Below are positions 53,436 to 64,000 of a stretch of 64,000 nucleotides of DNA, in pieces. Below the pieces are notes generated by a model that was not told the origin of the DNA, ran no database searches, and was given only the letters and a program-made list of their open reading frames with translations. Every line of letters starts with the position of its first letter. Position 1 is the first letter of the stretch. Made by a program: the position numbers and the translations under genes. The stretch is from the NCBI GenBank assembly GCA_046349355.1, contig JAXMCM010000014.1, forward strand, positions 190,461 to 254,460. The letters are read 5' to 3'. This DNA comes from Geminicoccaceae bacterium (lineage in GTDB: Bacteria > Pseudomonadota > Alphaproteobacteria > Geminicoccales > Geminicoccaceae).

Positions 53436-55183
53436 ATGATGCGCAGTCTGACCAACGGCATTCCCGCAGGCTTCGGCGCGGCCCGTCCGCAGCAGCGCGA
53501 GGCCGGACGGTCGATCCTGCTGGATCTGGCCGTGCTCGTCATCCTCGCCCTCGCCGTCCGGCTCGCCGGGCTGCCCTTCGCCGGCCACGATTCCCTCGAC
53601 CACGCCCTGCGCACCTGGATGTCCCTGCGCTGGGCCGAGGATCCCTTCCCGCTGACCTGGGGCGTCTGGGGGCCGCTGCACTTCTACCTGATCGGCAGCT
53701 TCCTCGCCGTCACCGGCGACGTGATCCACACCCCGACGCTGCTGCACGTGGTCCTCGGCGCCGCCGTACCGGTAGTCATCTACCTATTCGCGCTGCGCGA
53801 GTTCGGCTCGCGTGGCGGCGCCCTCGCCGCCGGCGTTGCCTTTGCCCTCTATCCCATCGCCATCCTCAACAGCCTGAGCGTCCGCTCGGAGACGCCGTTC
53901 GCCCTGTTGCTGGCGCTGTCGATGCTGGCCCTGTCGCGCGGCCGGCGCGACGGCTCCCTGCTCTGGCCGGCGCTGGCCGGCGTCGCGCTCACCCTGGCGT
54001 CGGGCCTTCGCTACGAAGGCTGGATGCTGACGCCCTTCCTCGCCCTGACGCTGTGGCCCAACCGCAAGGCCATGGCGGTCTTCGTCGGCGTCGCCGTCAT
54101 CTGGCCGGCAATCTCGATGGCCAGCAACTTCGCCGTCTTCGGCAACCCGATCTGGGGCATCCACCAGGCTTCCGAGCTCGAGCTCTACGGCATGGGCAAG
54201 GCTGGCTATTCGCTGGCCGAGCAGTTGCGGCAGATCGTCGTCTTCTTGAGCCGGGCGGTCGGCGGGTTCACCCCTGTCCTCGCCCTCTTCGTGTTCGGCG
54301 GCATCCTCGTTGCCGCCGTGAGCCGGCGCCGCACCCTGGTCTGGCTGATCCCGGCGGCGGGCCTCGCCATCCTGCTGTTCGCCGCCGCGGTCAGGGGCAC
54401 GCTCGTGCCGAAGACGAACTACACGGAGACCTTCGGCGTCCTGCTGATCCCCTTCGTCGCGGCGCCGATTGCCAGCAATGCGTTCCAGCGCCTGCGGCAG
54501 TGGCAGACCTTCCTGCTCTACGGTCTCCTGTTCGGCTCGATGGCGGCCCTCTTGGTCGTCGGAACGCTGCGCGACCTGCCGGGCATGCGCGAGCGCAGCC
54601 GGCTCATCGCCGCCATCCCGGCGATCAGCCCGGTACCGGTCCTCCCCGGCCAGGCGACGCTCGACAAGCTGGCACCGCTCATCAATGCCGCCGCCGGCCG
54701 CCCGGACCAGGGCTTCATCCTCGACTTCCTGGGCTTCTTCCAGACCGGCTACCTCGGCCTGCACAGCCTCGTGCACCCCGATCGCGTGCTGATGGCGCCG
54801 CTGGCGCCGAACAGCACCATCGAGGGCGGCGTGCCGGAGCTGAGCAAGCCGCTGCGCTACCGCAACTCGCCGCTCTACGGCCCGATGCCGGGCCTGATCG
54901 AGGAATTCCTGCCCTGCTACCCGACCGGCGTGGTCGTCCTGCAGCCGGGCTCGCGCTTCGCCGCGACCCTGCAGTACGAGCCGGGCGGCAAGCTGCATCG
55001 CGGCGACATGACGCTGAGCCTCGAGGAGCTGACCCGCGTTCCTTGGCCCTGCCGCCCGAGCCCGTCCGTCTCGCCCCGGGCGTCACGCCGGGGGCCATGG
55101 GTGAGCTGGTGGTCTACCGCTACAGCCTCGACGACGCCGCTCGCTACCCGGTGCCGGCGACCTGCCCGGCGCGGCCACGGTGA
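53436..55183 (+). pseudogene. GT-C fold membrane glycosyltransferase, ArnT/PMT-like, paralogue 3, frame broken once near the 3-prime end
   Basis: [10 protein letters not shown]... (ATG 53436; ATG 53358 is also possible). [32 protein letters not shown]. At about 55048 it continues in the frame of ORF 54053..55183 ([32 protein letters not shown]), which matches the C-termini of paralogues 1 and 2. Stop 55181-55183. Confidence 0.7.
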
Positions 55184-56174
55184 GCAACGGCCACGCCGCC
55201 GACGGGACGTCGCCGGGCCGCACCGCCCTGCTGTCGCTGGTCGTCCCGTTCTTCAACGAGGAGACCGTCCTCGAGGAGTTCCATCGCCGGGTCAGCGCGG
55301 TCCTCGCCGGGCTCGGCATGGAGGCCGAGCTGGTCTTCGTGGACGACGGCAGCCGCGATTCCTCCGTAGCGGTGCTGGAGCGGCTGAAGCAGACCGACCC
55401 GCGCATCGGCATCCTCCAGCTGAGCCGCAACTTCGGCAAGGAGGTCGCCCTCACCGCCGGGCTCGACCACGCCAGGGGCGACGCCGTGATCGTCATCGAC
55501 GCCGACCTGCAGGATCCGCCGGAGCTGATCCCCGACCTCGTCGCCAAGTGGCGCGAGGGCTACGATGTCGTCTACGCCCAGCGCATCGTCCGCCGCGGCG
55601 AGACCTGGCTGAAGAAGGCGACCGCGCGCGGCTTCTACCGGCTGATGACCTTCTTCGGCGACGTCGCCCTGCCGGAGAACGTCGGCGACTTCCGGCTGCT
55701 CAGCCGGCGTGCCACCAACGCCGTCTGCTCGCTGCGCGAGCGCCACCGTTTCATGAAGGGCGTGTTCACCTGGATCGGCTACCGGCAGGTGGCCGTGCCG
55801 TTCGACCGCGATCCGCGGCACAGCGGCGTCACCAAGTGGAACTACGGCCGGCTGATCAAGCTGGCGATCGAGGGGCTGACCTCGTTCACCATCGCGCCCT
55901 TGCGCTTCGCCACCTACATCGGCCTGATCGCGGCCATCCTCGCCTTCCTCTATGGCGTCGAGATCGTCCTCTACACCCTGCTGTTCGGCCGCGACCTGCC
56001 CGGTTACCCGTCGCTGATCGTCGTCGTGCTGATGCTCGGCGGCCTGCAGCTGTTCGCCATCGGGCTCATCGGCGAGTATATCGGGCGGATCTTCAACGAG
56101 ACGAAGAACCGGCCCTTGTACCTGATCGACCGCTACGCCCAGCCCGGAACCGGCGGCGACGACCGGCCCGCGGC

Positions 56175-56178
<4 letters not shown>
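55180..56178 (+). CDS. Family 2 glycosyltransferase, polyprenyl-phosphate sugar synthase type (ArnC/GtrB/DPM1-like)
   Basis: 332 aa: [32 protein letters not shown], and two C-terminal TM helices. GTG start in a GTGA overlap with the paralogue 3 stop. Confidence 0.9.
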
Positions 56179-57528
<1,350 letters not shown>

Positions 57529-57535
<7 letters not shown>

Positions 57536-57556
57536 TCGCTGCAGATGGGCTAGAAC
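57529..57556 (+). promoter_or_regulatory. Weak sigma-70-like promoter candidate upstream of minC
   Basis: TTGTTA - 16 nt - TAGAAC in the only visibly AT-richer patch of this region (cttgttaatcgctgcagatgggctagaacc), about 55 nt upstream of the minC ATG. Motif match only. Confidence 0.25.
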
Positions 57557-57611
57557 CGTCGCGGTCCCGCCTCGGCGACCCTCGACGCACGCCGGTGCCC
57601 CGGGAGACAAC

Positions 57612-58381
57612 ATGACGGACGCGGCCGCAGCACGGGCGCCCGCCGGGGCCCGCAGCTTTCCCTTTCAGATCCGTGGCTCGCTGCAGACGCTGCTGTCGCT
57701 GCGCCTGATGCGCCTCGACGATCCCGACTTCTTCCGGCTGCTGCTCGACAAGATCGCCCACAGTCCGGACTTCTTCCGCTCGGCCCCAATCGTCATCGAC
57801 GTCGGCCCGGTCGCCGACCAGGCGCCGCTCGACCTCGCCACCTTCGCCGCCGAGCTGCGCGACAACCGCCTGGTCCCGGTCGGCATCCAGAACGGCACGG
57901 CCGCGTGGAACGAGGCGGCGGCCGAGGCGGGGCTCGCGGTCATGGGCGCCGGCGGCAGCGCGCCCACCGGCGGCACCGCCCAGCGCCCGCCGCAGCAGCC
58001 GCCGCCCCGCGACCGCCGCGCCCCAGGCGCGCAGGCCCAGGCGCAGCGCCGCACCACCGGGCTGGTCGTCACCGAGCCGGTGCGCAGCGGCCAGCAGGTG
58101 TTCTGCCCGGACGGCGACATCGTCGTGCTGGCCCCGGTGGGCCATGGTGCGGAGGTCGCCGCCGCCGGCCACGTCCACATCTACGGCCCTTGCGCGGCCG
58201 CGCCTTCGCCGGAGTGGACGGCGACCATCGTGCCATGATCTTCTGCGAGCAGCTCAACGCCGAGCTGCTGTCCATCGCGGGCGTCTACCTGGTCGCCGAC
58301 GAGCTCGACCGGGAGACCCTGGGGCGGCGCGCACGGGTCAGCAGCTCAGGCGACCGGCTGGTCGTCACCACCGTCTCCTGA
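57612..58381 (+). pseudogene. minC: Septum site-determining protein MinC, frame broken once
   Basis: [24 protein letters not shown]... (ATG 57612 after GGGAGA). At about 58188 (...[41 protein letters not shown]) it continues in ORF 57905..58381. Equals loss of one C from a C run. Confidence 0.85.
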
Positions 58382-58428
58382 TCGTTCCGGCGGTCGGCGC
58401 GGCGTCATTCGAGCCCGGGAGGTTCTCG

Positions 58429-59244
58429 TTGTCCAAGGTCATCGTCGTCACGTCGGGCAAGGGCGGGGTCGGCAAGACCACGAGCGCCGCCGCGCTCGGC
58501 ACCGGGCTGGCGCTGCGCGGCAAGAAGACGGTCATCGTCGACTTCGACATCGGCCTGCGCAACCTCGACCTGATCATGGGCGTCGAGCGCCGCGTCGTGT
58601 TCGACTTCGTCAACGTGATCAACGACGGCGTCCGGCTCAACCAGGCGCTCATCAAGGACAAGCGGGTCGAGAACCTGCAGATCCTCCCGGCCTCGCAGAC
58701 CAAGGACAAGGACGCGCTCACCACCGAGGGCGTCGCCAAGGTCATCGAGGAGCTGCGCAAGGAGTTCGACTACGTCATCTGCGACAGCCCGGCCGGCATC
58801 GAGCGCGGCGCCACCATGGCGCTCTACTTCGCCGACGAGGCCGTCGTCGTCACCAACCCGGAAGTCTCCTCGGTCCGCGACAGCGACCGGATCATCGGCA
58901 TCATCAGCAGCAAGTCCAAGCGCGCCGAGAGTGGCGGCGAGCCGGTCAAGCAGCACCTCCTGCTCACCCGCTACGACCCCGACCGGGTGGTCAAGGGCGA
59001 GATGATGAAGGTCGAGGACGTGCTGGAGATCCTGGCGATCCCGCTGCTCGGCGTGATCCCGCAGGACGACGCCGTCCTCCACTCGAGCAACGTCGGCATG
59101 CCGGTGACGCTGGACAACAAGTCCAGGGCCGCCCAGGCCTACCTCGACGCCGTCGACCGGCTGCTCGGCGAGACCCGCGAGATGCGCTTCACGACCCCGC
59201 CCAAGCGCGGCCTGTTCTATTGGCTGGGCCGGAGGAGCGCGTGA
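58429..59244 (+). CDS. minD: Septum site-determining ATPase MinD
   Basis: (L)[17 protein letters not shown] deviant Walker A. TTG 58429 after GGAGG; about 271 aa. Confidence 0.95.
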   Translation: MSKVIVVTSGKGGVGKTTSAAALGTGLALRGKKTVIVDFDIGLRNLDLIMGVERRVVFDFVNVINDGVRLNQALIKDKRVENLQILPASQTKDKDALTTEGVAKVIEELRKEFDYVICDSPAGIERGATMALYFADEAVVVTNPEVSSVRDSDRIIGIISSKSKRAESGGEPVKQHLLLTRYDPDRVVKGEMMKVEDVLEILAIPLLGVIPQDDAVLHSSNVGMPVTLDNKSRAAQAYLDAVDRLLGETREMRFTTPPKRGLFYWLGRRSA

Positions 59245-59516
59245 GGTTCCTCGATTTCTTCCGGCTCAACCGGCCGAAGGTCAGCACCGCCGACACCGCC
59301 AAGCAGCGGCTCTCGCTGATCATCGCCCACGAGCGCCACACCGGCGGTCCGGACTTCCTGCCGCTCCTGCAGAAGGAGCTGATCGAGGTCATCCGCAAAT
59401 ATGTCGAGATCGACCCGAGCAAGGTGAAGTTCGGGATGGAGAAGGGCGACGGCATGTCGGTGCTCGAGGTCAACATCGAGCTCCCGACCGGCTCCGGCGG
59501 GCGCATCGCCGTCTGA
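59241..59516 (+). CDS. minE: Cell division topological specificity factor MinE
   Basis: GTG 59241 in a GTGA overlap with the minD stop, after [39 protein letters not shown]; about 91 aa. Confidence 0.9.
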   Translation: MRFLDFFRLNRPKVSTADTAKQRLSLIIAHERHTGGPDFLPLLQKELIEVIRKYVEIDPSKVKFGMEKGDGMSVLEVNIELPTGSGGRIAV

Positions 59517-59589
59517 ACGGCGCCCCTACGCGGGAGGCGACGGCGCGCTATATCGGTTTCCTGGGTGCTCATCCTGCCCGAGGTGCCTC

Positions 59590-60573
59590 ATGCTGCGCCT
59601 TGCCGCCGTCGCCGTCCTCGCCGCCAGCCCGGTCCTCGCCGCGCCCGCCTCGGCCGCGTCGCCGGCCGAGATCCTGAAGGGGGTCGTCGGCATCAATGCC
59701 GAAGTGCCGCCGGATGCACGGACGGCGCGGACGCTCGGGCGTGAGCGCAGCGGCTCGGGCGTCGTCATCGACTCGGGCGGCCTCGTCCTCACCATCGGCT
59801 ACCTCGTGCTCGAGGCCAGCGGCATCGACATCGTCGATGCCGGCGGCAATCACGTTCCGGGCGAGGTCGTCGGCTACGACCACGAGACCGGCTTCGGGCT
59901 CGTGCGCGCCACCGCCCCGCTCGACGCGGTGCCGGTCCGGCTGGGCGACAGCGCCGGCGTCGACGTCGGCGAGACCCTGCTCGTGGTCAGCAATGCCGGC
60001 GCGGTCGGCGCCATCCAGGCGAAGCTGGCCGATCGCCGCGAGTTCGCCGGCTACTGGGAGTACCTGCTCGACGACGCGCTGTTCACGATGCCGGCCTACG
60101 AGGCCTTCGGCGGCGCCGCGCTCATCGATGCCGACGGCGAGCTGGTCGGCGTCGGCTCGCTGATGGTCGGCGATGCCGCCGGCGAGAACGTCCCGTCGGC
60201 CGGCAACATGTTCGTGCCGGTCGATCTCCTGAAGCCGCTGCTCGGCGACCTCATCGCCCTCGGCCAGCGCGGCGACCCGCCGCATCCGTGGATGGGCGTC
60301 TACGCGCAGGAGCATCGCGGCGCGGTCGTGGTGACCGGCGTGGCCGACGAGGGGCCGGCCGAGAAGGCCGGCCTGCAGGCCGGCGACGTCGTCGTCGCCG
60401 TTGGCGGCAAGCGCGTCACCGGCCTCGCCGAGTTCTACCGGCAGGTCTGGGCGGGCGGCGATGCCGGCGTCACCGTGCCGCTGCAGGTCCTGCGGCAGGG
60501 CAGCGTTGCGGTGACCCTGCCGGTGACGACCATTGACCGGATGCGCTGGCTGCGGTTGGAGCAGAGTTTCTGA
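59590..60573 (+). CDS. Secreted trypsin-like (HtrA/S1C-type) fold plus PDZ protein, apparently lacking the catalytic triad
   Basis: 327 aa with signal peptide MLRLAAVAVLAASPVLAAPASA. Blocks GSGVVIDSGGLVLTIGYLV, ETGFGLVRA, AFGGAALIDADGELVGVGS. PDZ block VVTGVADEGPAEKAGLQAGDVVVAVGG. Paralogue of 44063..45040. Confidence 0.7.
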   Translation: MLRLAAVAVLAASPVLAAPASAASPAEILKGVVGINAEVPPDARTARTLGRERSGSGVVIDSGGLVLTIGYLVLEASGIDIVDAGGNHVPGEVVGYDHETGFGLVRATAPLDAVPVRLGDSAGVDVGETLLVVSNAGAVGAIQAKLADRREFAGYWEYLLDDALFTMPAYEAFGGAALIDADGELVGVGSLMVGDAAGENVPSAGNMFVPVDLLKPLLGDLIALGQRGDPPHPWMGVYAQEHRGAVVVTGVADEGPAEKAGLQAGDVVVAVGGKRVTGLAEFYRQVWAGGDAGVTVPLQVLRQGSVAVTLPVTTIDRMRWLRLEQSF

Positions 60574-60598
60574 CCCCCTGTCGCCCCGTGGAGCCCGG

Positions 60599-61063
60599 AT
60601 GCGCCCTGCCCTCGCCGTTGCCGTCGCCCTCCTCGCCGCCGCCCCGGCCCTGGCCGACGAGGTCGGCTCGTTCTCGAACGACTGGACCGGCAACGGCATC
60701 GTCATCGACGCCATCGGCGATCCCGAGGTCGAGGGGGTGACCTGCCACCTCGCCCGCTTCGACCGCAGCCTCATCGACCGCGTGACGAAGGGCAACTGGT
60801 TCGAGGAGCCGTCCAACTCGGCGATCGCCTGCACGCAGACCGGCCCGGTCGTCATCGGCGACATCGAGAAGGACAGCGAGGGCGAGGACGTGTTCAGCGA
60901 GCGCACCAGCCTGGTCTTCAAGTCGCTGCGCGTCCGCCGCATCTGGGACGCCGCGCACGAGACGCTGATCTACGTCGCCTACAGCGCCCAGGTGAAGGAC
61001 GCCTCGGCCAAGGTCGACATCAGCACCGTGCCGCTGCACGGCCAGAACGTGACCTGGAAGTAG
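60599..61063 (+). CDS. creA: CreA family periplasmic protein
   Basis: MRPALAVAVALLAAAPALA signal at ATG 60599 after GGAG; about 154 aa. DPEVEGVTCHLARFDRS ... ACTQTGP ... LRVRRIWD pattern as recalled for CreA. Confidence 0.7.
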   Translation: MRPALAVAVALLAAAPALADEVGSFSNDWTGNGIVIDAIGDPEVEGVTCHLARFDRSLIDRVTKGNWFEEPSNSAIACTQTGPVVIGDIEKDSEGEDVFSERTSLVFKSLRVRRIWDAAHETLIYVAYSAQVKDASAKVDISTVPLHGQNVTWK

Positions 61064-61069
61064 CGCGCC

Positions 61070-62743
61070 TCAGTCCGCCGCCGGCCGCTCGGCCGGCACA
61101 CCCTCGAGGGGCCCTTCCAGCACCTCGTCGAGCGGCCCCAGCGGCTCCCACCGTCGCTCGCCTCGACCGAAGCGAAGGAGCCCGACCCTCCGGTCGTCGT
61201 CGCCGGCGAGCAGCAGCAGGCCTTCCTCGGCATCCTCGACCCAGGCCAGCGGCTCGGGGAACGCCGGGTCCAGCGCCACCGCCTCGCCCTCGCCGCGCGG
61301 GTCGACGCACGCCGCCATGGGCCCCCGCTCGCCCTGCCAGGCGATCGCCGTCCGCCCGTCGCGGCAGGCCAGCGTGACGGGCGCCACCGGACCGCACGGC
61401 CCGAGCGGCCGCCGGATCACCCGGACGCGGCCGCTCCTCGCCACAGACGCGAGGCGCAGCGAGCCCTCCGGATCGCGGACGACCAGCATCGCCGAGCCGT
61501 CCGGCGACGCGGCGATCGCCGGCAGCGCCTCGGCGCGCAGGCCGGTTTCCTGCCAGCGCGGCCGGTCCTTGCGGGGACGCGGCAAGGCCGCCGTCAGGAT
61601 CTCGCCGGCCTCCGACAATCCCGCGAGGATCAGGGTCCCGCCAGCCCGCGCCGCGCCGCACCGCCTCGAGCGGTGGCCCGTCCAGCGGTTCCCAGCGCCC
61701 GCGCTCCTCGCGGTGTCGGCGCGCCAGCCGGCCGTCGTCGCCCAGCATCAGGGCGAAGCGGCCGTCCTCGAAGCGCAGCCCGGCCGCCTTCTTGCCGCCG
61801 CCGACGTCGATGGCATGCGGCAGGAAGCCGACCCAGGGCGGCACCGGCAGCGGGCCCAGCGTCACCTTGCCGAAGGCGCTGAACGAGCCCTGCACGTTGT
61901 AGCGCAGCGCCCCCCAGGCGCTGTCGAAGCTGAACAGCCGGACCTGGCGGTTCAGGCTGCCGTCGACGTTGACCTTGCCCACGGCCGTGCTGAGGTCGGT
62001 GGTGGCCGTGCTCTTCTCGCGCGCCGGCTCCTCGAACTCGTCCGGCGGGTACATGCCGACCAGGCCGATGCCTTCCCAGGGCAGCGGATCGGCGTCGTCG
62101 TCCTGGCCCATCACCCAGATCCCGACCGTCTCCGGCGCCCGCTCGATCTGGGCGGGAAGCTCGGGAACGGGATGTCGATGTCGTCGCCGGAGCTGCGGTA
62201 GAGCTTGGCCGAGAAGCCCGGGCGGGCTGATGCGCGGCCCCGCGGCCGCGTGGCGTCGTAGAAGGCGGCGCTGAACAGCAGGTCGCCGCGGCTCGAATCG
62301 TCGCTGTCGTCGTAGAGGTGGATGCGGCTGATATCGATCGTCAGCATCTGCCGCCGGGTGGCGAAGGGACCGCGGGCGCGGACCTGGCCCTTGGCCTTGG
62401 GCTCGGCCGGGCTCTTGCGCGGCACCGAGATCCGGTACCAGTAGCGCCGCTCCTGCTCGAGGCCGAACACCGGCACGTCGTGCTCGGTGCTGGCGTTGCC
62501 GAACAGCTCGACATTGGTGGCGACGAGGTTCTCCGGTTCCATGTCGAGGTCGATGGTGCCGGTGATCATCCGGAACACCTCGACCGTCGCCCACGTCGGC
62601 AGCAACGTGCGGAAGCGGACGCGCACCGCCGTGGGCGCGGTCTCGGCCTCGACGTTGACGATCGCCTGGGCGAGCGGCGCGTCGAACAGGTGCTGCCCGA
62701 TCGCCTTGGCAATCCCGATGCGCACCCCGGCTGGCAGGCCCAT
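61070..62743 (-). pseudogene. Hypothetical protein of about 558 aa, no family recognised, frame broken twice
   Basis: MGLPAGVRIGIAKAIG... (ATG 62743 after GGGAGGAAG) in ORF 62111..62743. At about 62160 (DIDIPFP/ELPAQIERAPETVGIWVMGQDDD) it continues in the middle of ORF 61020..62594. Between about 61640 and 61665 it continues in ORF 61070..61618 (...GTLILAGLSEAGEIL...). Coherent composition across the three pieces. Confidence 0.55.
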
Positions 62744-62829
62744 GGCGCTTCCTCCCGTGCGGGACAGGCGCGCCCGCTTGGCCGGAAAGGCTACGCCATC
62801 AGCGCCGCAGGCTCAACGCGCGCGCGATT

Positions 62830-63651
62830 TCATGCCCGGCCGAGGGCCGCCGCCAGCCACAGCCGGGCCGGCACCAGCGGACCGCGCGCCAGCCCGGCCG
62901 CCACGAAGGGGTCGTAGCCGGCACGGCGGATCTGCCGGACATGGTCGCGGGCGACCACCGCCGGCAGCAGCGCCGCGATCTGCTCGCGCGGGGCCGGGCT
63001 GCGCGGCTCCAGCAGCAGGCCCGCCCGCATGACCACGCGGCGGACCACGTCGGCGAGCCCGGCCGACATCCGCCGGGCGGCAAGCGCCTCGGCATCGACC
63101 GCCGCGGACGCCATCAGGTCGGACGGCAGCACCAGCCGCGACTGGCGCGCATAGGCGGCGGCGGCGCGGACGAGGCCGACGAGGCCGAAGGCCGTGCCGG
63201 CCCGCCGCGCCGCCTCGACCAGGCGCGCGTCGGCACCCAGCAGCTTCGCCGTCAGCACCTGCAGCTGCCCGGCCGTGGCCGCGGCATAGCGCTCGAGCTG
63301 GTCGAGATTGTCGGGGGCCAGCGTCTCGAGATCGGCCTCGCGCGCATCGACCAGCGCCTCGAGGTCGGCGGCGGCGAGCCAGCCCCTGGCCAGCGGCCCG
63401 GCCAGGCCGACGGCGACCGGGTGGGCCCGCGGCCTGCCGGCAGCGGCGCCCTCGATGGTCTCGCGCCACCACTGGTAGCGGATGGCGCCGGTGATCGGCT
63501 GCGAGACGACCTCGGGGATCCGCGCCAGCTCGGCGTTGAGCAGGATCAGCGCCATCGCCGCGTCGCGGCGTTCCGCCGGCACGAACAGGGCGCAGAGCCA
63601 GCGGTCGGAGTCCTGCTCGCGCGCCTGTGCGGCGAGGTCCAGCCCGGGCAT
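62830..63651 (-). CDS. Squalene/phytoene synthase-fold protein of the NDUFAF6-like subgroup
   Basis: 273 aa: DRWLCALFVPAERRDAAMALILLNAELARIPEVVSQPITGAIRYQWWRETI. No Asp-rich DxxxD pair seen at the usual positions. Confidence 0.7.
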   Translation of the reverse strand: MPGLDLAAQAREQDSDRWLCALFVPAERRDAAMALILLNAELARIPEVVSQPITGAIRYQWWRETIEGAAAGRPRAHPVAVGLAGPLARGWLAAADLEALVDAREADLETLAPDNLDQLERYAAATAGQLQVLTAKLLGADARLVEAARRAGTAFGLVGLVRAAAAYARQSRLVLPSDLMASAAVDAEALAARRMSAGLADVVRRVVMRAGLLLEPRSPAPREQIAALLPAVVARDHVRQIRRAGYDPFVAAGLARGPLVPARLWLAAALGRA

Positions 63652-63773
63652 CAGCGTACCGTCGCGGCGGCAGCGTCGAACGACGCTCGCCCGCCTTCCC
63701 TTGCCGCGGCCGAGGGCCTATCTAGCGGGTGCATCGACGCACCGGCCGGCACCCACCATTGGCGAGGGATCCC

Positions 63774-64000
63774 ATGCCTTTCACCCTGCCCGACCTTCCC
63801 TACGCGCAGGACGCCCTGGCCCCGTACATGGGCCTCGAGACGCTGCAGCTGCACCACGGCAAGCACCACCAGACCTACGTCACCAACCTGAACAACCTGA
63901 TCGAGGGCACCGAGCTCGCCGGCAAGTCGCTGGAGGAGATCGTCGTCGCCTCGGCCAAGGACCCGGCCAAGGTCGGCATCTTCAACAACGCCGGTCAGCA
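63774..64000 (+). CDS. sodB: Superoxide dismutase [Fe]; 3-prime end outside the window
   Basis: [36 protein letters not shown]...FNNAGQ. The Gln in the FNNA.Q position is the Fe-type signature. GAGGGA RBS. Confidence 0.9.
   Translation, partial: MPFTLPDLPYAQDALAPYMGLETLQLHHGKHHQTYVTNLNNLIEGTELAGKSLEEIVVASAKDPAKVGIFNNAGQ

Overview
Very GC-rich, gene-dense chromosomal segment. The gene content looks alphaproteobacterial: TrmFO, an NDUFAF6-like protein, a form II cox cluster, MinCDE and an Flp pilin. I can support about 58 protein-coding genes. I recognised no rRNA, tRNA, CRISPR array, transposase, integrase or phage genes.

Modules in order:
- 1-2648: two sugar-type ABC permeases and an SDR.
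- 2653-12542, minus strand: an operon with two hydantoinase/oxoprolinase-type B/A pairs, a cupin, a Dabb protein and a GMC oxidoreductase.
- 12650-15335, minus strand: a sulfotransferase with small membrane proteins.
- 15597-30827: coxG-coxS-coxL-coxM (form II AYRGAGR type), then a long maturation set: MoxR/CoxD, VWA/CoxE, split XdhC, DASS transporter, molybdopterin-binding/MocA fusion, cysteine desulfurase, DUF3616 and SufU-like.
- 30843-36977: an orphan RTX protein, msrB coupled to a SelA-like PLP enzyme, two tandem TPST-like sulfotransferases and DUF1349.
- 36974-49818: housekeeping genes (dusA, Flp pilin, amn, ABC-F, FNT channel, corA, thioesterase, SixA-like, ppk1-ppx, cupin).
- 49936-56178: three tandem paralogous GT-C membrane glycosyltransferases plus a polyprenyl-phosphate GT2.
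- 56175-64000: trmFO, minCDE, creA, an unknown ~558-aa protein, an NDUFAF6-like protein and sodB.

Most notable observations:
- The triplicated GT-C plus GT2 locus.
- The tandem TPST-like sulfotransferases.
- Two trypsin/PDZ paralogues that appear to have lost the catalytic triad.
- About 17-18 single-base frame disruptions in 11 otherwise intact genes. All lie between 17.5 and 62.2 kb, and most, where the site can be pinned, are in G/C runs. Consensus error looks more likely than decay.

All calls come from reading the translations by eye. No database search was possible.
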